In this document: piece by piece, positions 57,314 through 64,000 of the stretch
Layout: every line of letters begins with the position of its first letter
How positions within the stretch are numbered: the stretch's first letter is position 1
Source: Thermoplasmata archaeon
GTDB taxonomy: Archaea > Thermoplasmatota > Penumbrarchaeia > JAEHCK01
Direction: 5' to 3'
Assembly (NCBI GenBank): GCA_020696345.1
Contig: JAEHCK010000011.1
Coordinates: forward strand, 213-64,212
Length of the DNA stretch: 64,000 nucleotides
Translations under genes and position numbers: made by a program
Notes under the pieces: generated by a model
The model's input: the letters and a program-made list of their open reading frames with translations, nothing else
The model's database searches: none
What the model was told of the DNA's origin: nothing

Positions 57314-57487
57314 ATGCCAGCAGTTATTAACGCGGAAAAATGTGACGGATGCGGTACCTGCGTAGACGAATGTCCGGTAGAGTGCATTACACTTAACGAA
57401 CATGCAAAGGTTGACGCCGATGAATGCACCGAATGCGGCTCATGCGTAGAAGTATGCCCAAACGACGCGATCACCTTAGATGATTAA
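57314..57487 (+). CDS. 2x[4Fe-4S] ferredoxin, 57 aa (below the ORF-track cutoff)
   Basis: [57 protein letters not shown]. Two CxxCxxCxxxCP motifs. GGGAGG SD 7 nt upstream. Confidence 0.85.
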   Translation: MPAVINAEKCDGCGTCVDECPVECITLNEHAKVDADECTECGSCVEVCPNDAITLDD

Positions 57488-57664
57488 AATCAAGTTTGAT
57501 CTTAATAGAAAACCTCGAATGCCGAGGATTTGTTAGTTTTATTAATTACAAACGCTATTGGGTAATTATTATTAGAACCTTTATTTGCGATTAAAGAATT
57601 CTTACCCAGGCAAAAGTGATCAGAACTTTTAACTTTTCAATTTTAACTTTTAAAATTTTACTTT

Positions 57665-59668
57665 TCAATTCTTTTTTCGTTTTGTATGATAAAAATAAAC
57701 AACCATGGCGCCAGCCAGGATCAGTATTAGCACAACTGAGAGCATGACCGGTGACGCACCCACCTCATCTTTTCTCCGCGGTTTATTCTGTGTGGCAAGC
57801 TCCATGAAGTGTTCAAGCGAGGTCTGTACACCGTTTATCGCACGTACCTTAAGGGTATGATCACCGTTCTCGAGGCCAGTGGTATCAAGTTCATACGTCC
57901 AATTTAGATAGATACCATTCACTTCTTTTGTTTTGACCTTCTTCCAGCTGCCATTATCCACTGCAATTTCTATGGCCTCGATCTCAATGCCAGTTTTCGA
58001 GAACGCTACACCACCAATAGTAGTGGTGCCAGTAGTAATGTTTTCCACTCCCATTTCGAGCTCTGTGATGAAGCATTGAAGATTTACATCTATTATATCC
58101 ACATCAGTAATGCTGGCGCTGACCATAACTGCTTTGTAAGCATCCACCGCACCCCAGCCAAAATCCTTGTTCCAGAACGGGTCAAGTTCGGGTATTGTTG
58201 CCTTGCCGCGGCGCTCGGCTGTAAGGTGAAGGATCTCCTTAATTACTTCACTGGTAAGTTTTGGATTAGCCTCGAGCATCATTGCACATATTCCAGCTAC
58301 TACCGGTGTTGCATACGATGTACCGCTTCCGCGGCTGCCGTAGCCGTTCCCCGAACCATCACCGATCGGGTCGAACTGTACCTGCATGATATGGGTCCCC
58401 GGTGCGGTAATATCCGGCTTCAACTCGTTATACGGGTTGCCGTCGTTGTTATCGTGTCTTGGCCCGCGGCTCGAGTATTCGGCTATTATATCATCGGACC
58501 GGTCGATGGTGTCCAGGTCATCTGACGCCGCCACAGAGATACCGTTGGAGGCCGCAGAAAATCCGCGAAAACCATCATTGTTCGGCCCTGAATTACCTGC
58601 AGCATGGCACACGATCACACCGGTATCCGCGAGCCGGTCCAGCGCAGCCGAGTATGCATCAGAACCGTCCGACGGGCTGTCAGTATCAATGCCCCAGGAC
58701 AGTGAGAGTATATCAATACCTTTATTCTCGGGATCCGCTCCAGCCCATGAGTCATCTTTGTGTTTAATGATCCACTCGATGCCTTCCAGAGAAGCATCCA
58801 GGAACTTGACCGGCATCGGTCCCTCACCTGGTGCGTAACCGAACACCGTGCCTATTCGTACATCAACCACCTTAGCCTCCGGCGCCGCACCCATGTATTT
58901 CCCCTCGGGTGCGCCCGTACCAATGGCGATACCCGTGCATGTGGTCCCGTGGCCGTTGGTATCATCAGCGTCAAAGGTGCCATCTTGAAATATACCTAAG
59001 GGATCAGGTTTGCTGATATCAGCCCCGCCAACCCATTTACCTGTCAGGCTCGGGTGGGCATTATCCACACCCGTGTCCATTACCGCAATATTGACGCCTA
59101 GACCCTGATACCCAAGCTCCCAGGCGGTGAACGGCGAGTATTCATTTGACTCGCGTGCCTTCACCGCGGGCGTGGCGATATCCGAGTACAGTACCGGCCT
59201 GCCGGGGTTCTCCACACGCAGGACGCCGGGCAGTCCAGCGATGGTCCCTATTATTGGCACGGGTACAGCGAGCAATGAAACCATATCCAGGTACCAGAAG
59301 ATGTTGCCGATCTCCACACCAAGGTCGCGTAATGTGGTAATGTCATCTTGGGTTAGTCTATCTTTGAACATCACTATTGTATCCAACCGTTGGTAACCCT
59401 TATGGATCCAGGTGTCAAGATCATCCGAGATCTTGTTGTTATTCCGATCACGTGTTGATATTAATGGTGTAGTGGTTTCATCTTGGTTGTACCTGTCCAT
59501 GCAGCCATTGCTTGTGGGTGCATGGTCGGTTGTATTCTCCGTTAGATCGATGGTAACTTCACGGCTGCGGGCGGGGATGGTAAAAAATACCGAATTGATC
59601 GGCAGTAAAATTAATAATACCAGACACGCTGCGGCAATCTGTTGGGTGATCTTGACCTCAGTCCTCAT
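57665..59668 (-). CDS. Membrane-anchored subtilisin-like (S8) serine protease
   Basis: Signal anchor. I9-like propeptide. Catalytic Asp (AVMDTGVDNAHPSL), His (NGHGTTCTGIA), Ser (GSGTSYATPVVAG). Ig-like domain. C-terminal TM (VMLSVVLILILAGAMVVYFY). Confidence 0.9.
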   Translation of the reverse strand: MRTEVKITQQIAAACLVLLILLPINSVFFTIPARSREVTIDLTENTTDHAPTSNGCMDRYNQDETTTPLISTRDRNNNKISDDLDTWIHKGYQRLDTIVMFKDRLTQDDITTLRDLGVEIGNIFWYLDMVSLLAVPVPIIGTIAGLPGVLRVENPGRPVLYSDIATPAVKARESNEYSPFTAWELGYQGLGVNIAVMDTGVDNAHPSLTGKWVGGADISKPDPLGIFQDGTFDADDTNGHGTTCTGIAIGTGAPEGKYMGAAPEAKVVDVRIGTVFGYAPGEGPMPVKFLDASLEGIEWIIKHKDDSWAGADPENKGIDILSLSWGIDTDSPSDGSDAYSAALDRLADTGVIVCHAAGNSGPNNDGFRGFSAASNGISVAASDDLDTIDRSDDIIAEYSSRGPRHDNNDGNPYNELKPDITAPGTHIMQVQFDPIGDGSGNGYGSRGSGTSYATPVVAGICAMMLEANPKLTSEVIKEILHLTAERRGKATIPELDPFWNKDFGWGAVDAYKAVMVSASITDVDIIDVNLQCFITELEMGVENITTGTTTIGGVAFSKTGIEIEAIEIAVDNGSWKKVKTKEVNGIYLNWTYELDTTGLENGDHTLKVRAINGVQTSLEHFMELATQNKPRRKDEVGASPVMLSVVLILILAGAMVVYFYHTKRKKN

Positions 59669-59735
59669 CTAGTTGGATAATTTGTATGATGACCTATAAA
59701 TGTTTTGGGTGAATTAAGAATTTTATTTTATTTCA

Positions 59736-60611
59736 TCAAACCCATTGGATGAATACGAAAAGAAGGGCCACCCTGATCATGATCGTCCCAACTACGTAGA
59801 AAAAATAACCCATATAATTATATTTCTTTTTCTGGAAACTACACAAACCAAAAATAAGCACACCAAATATAATTCCCAGAATAAAGATCCCATAGAAATT
59901 AAATGTTAGATATTTTGTCCATTGCATTATTAATAGGTATATGAAAGGTAAAAGATAGAAGATAAAACACAAAAGTGCACCTCTCTTTTTCCCAAAAATT
60001 ATTGGAATTGTTTTAATGTCCGATTGTTTGTCTCCCTCTACATCTGAAAAGTCTTTACATAATGCAATGAACACTTCATGCGTAAATAAGAAAAGTATTA
60101 GCCATATGGGAATTGCAGTTATGGGTTTGTACACTCCCCAACCGACCAGAAACATCAAAATGCCATAGCCTATACCTATCACTACTGTGCTGAAGAATAT
60201 ATTGGCTTTCGCATATATTTGGGGTAAAGTGTATATTCCACCAATTGCCAAACCGGCTATGGCAATTAGTAAATAGTCAAACCCCAGATATATTGTAAGA
60301 AGGCCAGCACATAATGATAGAGAAAAAGAAATAATAAAAACCTGTTTTTTTGTTAATTTTTTTGAAGGGATCGGCCTGTCGGGTTTATTTATCCGGTCTA
60401 TTTCCACATCGAAGATCTGGTTTAACGAGTTGATGCTGGCAAGACCCAAAATACAAAAAAGGATCGCGATGGACAATCGAGGTATATTGGAATTTGGCAT
60501 TCCATTACTGGCAAAACTGGCTGCAAGAAAGACAAAAACTACACCGAGAAATATATCCTCGAGTTTGAACAGCTGGTGTAGAAAATGTATCTTTTTTGCA
60601 ATTGTACCCAT
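59736..60611 (-). CDS. UbiA-family prenyltransferase
   Basis: NQIFDVEIDRINKPDRPIPS (NxxxDxxxD) and KDFSDVEGDK. 8-9 TM helices. AT-rich. Confidence 0.85.
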   Translation of the reverse strand: MGTIAKKIHFLHQLFKLEDIFLGVVFVFLAASFASNGMPNSNIPRLSIAILFCILGLASINSLNQIFDVEIDRINKPDRPIPSKKLTKKQVFIISFSLSLCAGLLTIYLGFDYLLIAIAGLAIGGIYTLPQIYAKANIFFSTVVIGIGYGILMFLVGWGVYKPITAIPIWLILFLFTHEVFIALCKDFSDVEGDKQSDIKTIPIIFGKKRGALLCFIFYLLPFIYLLIMQWTKYLTFNFYGIFILGIIFGVLIFGLCSFQKKKYNYMGYFFYVVGTIMIRVALLFVFIQWV

Positions 60612-60612
60612 A

Positions 60613-61257
60613 TCACACCTTGCCTACCAAGACTGAACAATATTGAAATAAAAAACGTTTTTCTTCGATTATTTGAATACCTGACCGGGTTAGAAGTTTT
60701 TCCAGATCATGTATCTTGTGGTATCTAAGCCCAGTTGTCAAATAAAAGAACGTGAAAACCGGCATTCTGAATAAGGATATTAATCCGGATAAAACAGCAT
60801 TAGCAGGTTTTAATTCATCAGCAATAAGTAAGTATCCACCTGGCTTTAGGTAAGATCTCGCCTTTTTCAATACAGTCTCAACAGAATCTTCGTCAGGAAA
60901 CACATTTAAAAAATATACTAATGTCACATAATCGAATTTTTCTTTTAGATCAAAAGAAAAAAGGTCCTCTTGATAAAAAGTCACATTTTTGATATTATTA
61001 TGTTTGGCATTTTTTTTAGCATTTCCAATCATTTTTTTTGATACATCCAATCCAATAACTTTTGAGACCTTTTTTGCACATGATATTGCAAAGTCACCAT
61101 TGCCACAACCAATATCTAATACTGATCGGTTTTTATCAATTTTTTCCAGAAGATAATTTTTTGTCTTTACGGTTTGATAAATAGAGATCATGTCTGTAAA
61201 TTGATCATAAATGGCTGAGATCGGATCATGGTTGTATTTCAGAGATACACCCACCAA
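60613..61257 (-). CDS. Class I SAM-dependent methyltransferase (UbiE/MenG-like)
   Basis: Motif I VLDIGCGNGDF, motif post-I GLDVS. 1-nt gap to the UbiA gene. TTG start as given in the ORF track. Confidence 0.78.
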   Translation of the reverse strand: MVGVSLKYNHDPISAIYDQFTDMISIYQTVKTKNYLLEKIDKNRSVLDIGCGNGDFAISCAKKVSKVIGLDVSKKMIGNAKKNAKHNNIKNVTFYQEDLFSFDLKEKFDYVTLVYFLNVFPDEDSVETVLKKARSYLKPGGYLLIADELKPANAVLSGLISLFRMPVFTFFYLTTGLRYHKIHDLEKLLTRSGIQIIEEKRFLFQYCSVLVGKV

Positions 61258-61370
61258 GTGAAATAGTTATAATTATATCAATTTTTTAATGAAAAATAAT
61301 TAGTCAATATAAATGAGATAATGATATGTAAGATTAATGGTTGATACGATGTATAGCTGGATGTAGAGTT

Positions 61371-61484
61371 GGTCGACTTGTCGGAAACAGTTGCTAGATG
61401 CTAGTTGCCAGTTGCCAGTTTAATATAATCACACTAGAAACTAGAAACTAGAAACTGACAACTAGTATGGCCGGTGGACTATCT
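61371..61484. repeat. MITE-like mosaic element (GTTGCTAG/CTAGCAAC words), short copy
   Basis: Collinear with both ends of 38094-38326 (see that entry). Confidence 0.7.
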
Positions 61485-61553
61485 CTCAACAACAATTATC
61501 TATAACCAAATAAGTTATTTATACCTGGCAGTACAATAGGGATGTGTGGTGTC

Positions 61554-61688
61554 ATGGTAAGATATTGTGGTTTTGATTGCGAATATGCTGAACCATGTGA
61601 CGATGTGCCCAGTTGCATGACTTTTAATCCTATTCATTGTAGATTGAAGAATAAAATGGTAGCTAAAGGTATGATCTGTGATAGCTGA
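61554..61688 (+). CDS. Hypothetical Cys-rich mini-protein (44 aa; 48 aa if started at ATG 61542)
   Basis: MVRYCGFDCEYAEPCDDVPSCMTFNPIHCRLKNKMVAKGMICDS. Six Cys. Open frame only. Confidence 0.3.
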   Translation: MVRYCGFDCEYAEPCDDVPSCMTFNPIHCRLKNKMVAKGMICDS

Positions 61689-61719
61689 AGATTAATAAGC
61701 ATTTCAATTATTTGATAAT

Positions 61720-61956
61720 TTAATGGGATGTTGATGGATCGTGGCCGTGATGTGTTATTGATGGGCAGATGCCTTGATTCATTGTCGATTGAACGAAAGG
61801 TAGTTGTGATAGTAAATCAACGGATCTTCCTAGCATTAATTCATTTCGGTATCTACTCAGCACCAACCCAGCACGGCATCTATTCAGCATCAACCCATCC
61901 AAGTATCTGTTCAGCATAAATTCATCACGGTATCTGTTCAATATCAATTCATTCAT
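61720..61956. repeat. Second, inverted copy of the 27-bp A/B tandem-array element
   Basis: Read on the minus strand: 5 A-type units (61822-61956, phased exactly every 27 nt), one degenerate unit, then 2-3 B-type units. The B end aligns with 56044-56124 at roughly 75 percent identity by eye. Confidence 0.85.
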
Positions 61957-62039
61957 GCCACTGCTCACCATTAAATGAACACTGCCTCTAAAACAAACCA
62001 TTATATATGCGGTTCAAAATTCTGTTTTTTGGAATTATT

Positions 62040-62285
62040 ATGGCAACACAGGATGATACCGTCAAAATTGCGATCAAAAAACGTCTTGCACTGAAACTTC
62101 GCCGCCGTCTCAAAGAGACCGACTTCAAAACGTTATCCGAATATGTGAATTTCATACTTGCAGAGGTTGTTTCAAGCCTGGAAGAGCAGGATCAAGCTGA
62201 CGAGGCAGAGGTAGAGCCTGAGTACAGCAGAGAAGAAGAGGAAAAGGTGAAAGCGCGTTTGAGGGACCTGGGGTACTTGGATTGA
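62040..62285 (+). CDS. Ribbon-helix-helix (CopG-like) DNA-binding protein with an acidic C-terminal region
   Basis: VKIAIKKRLALKLRRRLKETDFKTLSEYVNFILAEVV, then an acidic linker and RLRDLGYLD. Start probably ATG 62040 (the tracked ORF starts at 62007). Confidence 0.62.
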   Translation: MATQDDTVKIAIKKRLALKLRRRLKETDFKTLSEYVNFILAEVVSSLEEQDQADEAEVEPEYSREEEEKVKARLRDLGYLD

Positions 62286-62445
62286 GATTTATGGGTTGTG
62301 GATAAGAATTGAAGAATGAAGAATATAAATTTTAAAGTGAAAGAGATGTTATTGAAACTTTTAACTTTAAAATCTTCAATCTTCACTTTTAAATATCCAA
62401 GCAACAATCAAGCACCTTTTATCCACGAAGTAGTACAATACCAAT

Positions 62446-63537
62446 TCACTTCTTCCAGACAGATTTACCGATCGTAATGAATTTGATCTTATCTGCACTG
62501 ACCCCTCTGACCAATGCATATTCCGGTTTATCCATGGGCAGCTCTAACACCATGAAATTACTTGGTGTTCCCGGCCCTAAATTAAGATGATCTGTAGCAT
62601 TGAAAAGTTTTTTGGGATTAACCGCTGCCATTATTAACATATCCTCCGCACTAACAGATAAACCGCCGGTTCTGTTCGCCAGCTCAAAGCCAACACGGAG
62701 CTCTTCGAATAGATTGGACGAATTGAGCATCGCATTATCGGTACCCAGGACTAAAGTTACGTTCTTACTTAACATTTTTTTGATATTAGGTCTATTTTTA
62801 AAAAATACATTAGTTCTCGGGCATATGACCACAGGTATCTTATTTTCCGATAATGTCTCGAGATCGGCGTTGGACCCCTTCGTCATGTGCACCAGAAAAT
62901 CCGGTTTCAGATCAAGGATCATGTCCAGGTCTTCGCGTATGCGTTCAGATGCGTGCAATGCAAAAACCTTGCTCTTGGCTTTCGTTTCTTTCGCAACCTT
63001 TTCCAGTTCGGAATAATCCCAATCGGAGATGCTGCTTACACCAATACCATTGACCTTTGTAAGGAGTTCAGATAGTTCGGATCTAGAATATTTCAGCTCT
63101 TTTGGCCTACCCATGATCATTGGCTTTATTGGCAGTTCGCCTATTGCTTTTTTTAAAAGTTCAACACCTTGAAGCCCTTCTTCGCGAAAATCACAAAATG
63201 TCCCCGTACCCGTATCCAGCATATCTATTAACGCCCTATGCATGGCATTTCTTAAGTCGCGAGGTGTGCTCTCGCGTAATATCCGGAATTTCAGGCCGTT
63301 CGGCGGCGCGACCAATGATTCAAGATCGCCTGTCAATTTTCTGCCATGCGCGATCGCATCACCGATATGGGTGTGACAATTTGTCAAAAGTGGCATCACC
63401 ACTCCTTTTGCGAGCGGTTCGATATTTCCCGGGCACATTCCACGATAAATCTCGGTTATTATGCCATCTTCAAACCCAAGATGGCCGTTGATGAACCCCG
63501 ACCTTTGATAGATCATTCCTTCGACATACTGCATCAT
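62446..63537 (-). CDS. Metal-dependent amidohydrolase (chlorohydrolase/deaminase-like)
   Basis: HxH motif (LLTNCHTHIGDA), later FALHASE and LGTDN. 363 aa. Confidence 0.82.
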   Translation of the reverse strand: MMQYVEGMIYQRSGFINGHLGFEDGIITEIYRGMCPGNIEPLAKGVVMPLLTNCHTHIGDAIAHGRKLTGDLESLVAPPNGLKFRILRESTPRDLRNAMHRALIDMLDTGTGTFCDFREEGLQGVELLKKAIGELPIKPMIMGRPKELKYSRSELSELLTKVNGIGVSSISDWDYSELEKVAKETKAKSKVFALHASERIREDLDMILDLKPDFLVHMTKGSNADLETLSENKIPVVICPRTNVFFKNRPNIKKMLSKNVTLVLGTDNAMLNSSNLFEELRVGFELANRTGGLSVSAEDMLIMAAVNPKKLFNATDHLNLGPGTPSNFMVLELPMDKPEYALVRGVSADKIKFITIGKSVWKK

Positions 63538-63657
63538 GGCAACCGACTTCTATATGTATAAGTCGATGTAATATAAATAAAAGATATTTAAATGTGTTTC
63601 AGATGATATCATATTTTATATATTGAATTCCATTCTGGGTTTAAAGTGAAAAGTCCC

Positions 63658-64000
63658 ATGCCCGAGTTTAGCGTAATTCTACAAGAGCCAAAATATGAAG
63701 GTAATGTCGGTGCAGTTGCCAGGTGTATGAAGAACTTTGGCTTTGAAAAGTTGTATCTGGTAAACTCATGTGACCTGGGTGAGCAGTGTTTTAAACGTTC
63801 AAAACATGCAAAAGATATTATTTTAAATGCAAAGAGATTCGATTCGTTGAATGATGCAATGAAAGAATTTGACTTTTTAGTTGGTACCACTGGCATTGTG
63901 AACGTGAATGAAAAGCGTCAGCTTCGCAACCCGAAAACACCACGTGAGTTCGTGGAATATGCAGACCATCTGGATATGCGTGTGGGTCTATTGTTCGGCC
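63658..64000 (+). CDS. SpoU/TrmH-family RNA 2'-O-methyltransferase (TrmJ-like), 3' end outside the window
   Basis: The open frame runs from ATG 63658 to the window edge. N-terminus FSVILQEPKYEGNVGAVARCMKNFGFEKLYLV is typical of the TrmJ group. Not in the ORF track because no stop lies inside the window. Confidence 0.78.
   Translation, partial: MPEFSVILQEPKYEGNVGAVARCMKNFGFEKLYLVNSCDLGEQCFKRSKHAKDIILNAKRFDSLNDAMKEFDFLVGTTGIVNVNEKRQLRNPKTPREFVEYADHLDMRVGLLFG

Noticed and set aside
57235-57474. 79-aa minus-strand ORF
   Set aside because: It fully overlaps the 57-aa + strand ferredoxin, which has two perfect CxxCxxCxxxCP motifs and a Shine-Dalgarno site. It is a shadow of that gene.

Overview
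Archaeal chromosomal segment. Markers: Alba, Nop5, a Fap7/AK6-like kinase, a four-subunit 2-oxoacid:ferredoxin oxidoreductase, a CDP-alcohol phosphatidyltransferase, a UbiA prenyltransferase, two tRNAs, and GGTGA-type Shine-Dalgarno motifs before many starts. I cannot assign a lineage from sequence alone. All protein calls come from motif recognition by eye, not database searches. Housekeeping genes (trkHA, nop5, porGDAB, adk, sucC, an ABC exporter, a small ferredoxin) are interleaved with nine genes for receptor-like surface proteins (signal anchor, large ectodomain, single TM, cytoplasmic tail). Together these nine cover about 28 kb, roughly 44 percent of the window. Four things deserve a second look. 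(1) 49.1-55.7 kb: three consecutive genes share a thrombospondin-type-3 (TSP3) stalk plus a TM. The cytoplasmic end is a tandem winged-helix DNA-binding module in two of them and a zinc ribbon in the third. They are candidate membrane-tethered one-component receptors. (2) Almost every intergenic spacer is built from a shared vocabulary of short words arranged in tandem and inverted order (REP/BIME-like mosaics). This includes two homologous loci of strictly phased 27-bp tandem arrays, a MITE-like element, a 10-bp-phased heptamer hairpin, and in-frame copies of one module inside two giant ORFs. (3) 35.7-37.6 kb: an orphan three-gene module with virus tail-fibre/sheath-like, H-type-lectin-like and Big_1-like proteins and no other viral genes. 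(4) An AbiEi/AbiEii toxin-antitoxin pair sits next to AT-rich membrane-protein genes and a probably truncated or chimeric ORF. I saw no rRNA, CRISPR array, cas gene, transposase, integrase or reverse transcriptase.
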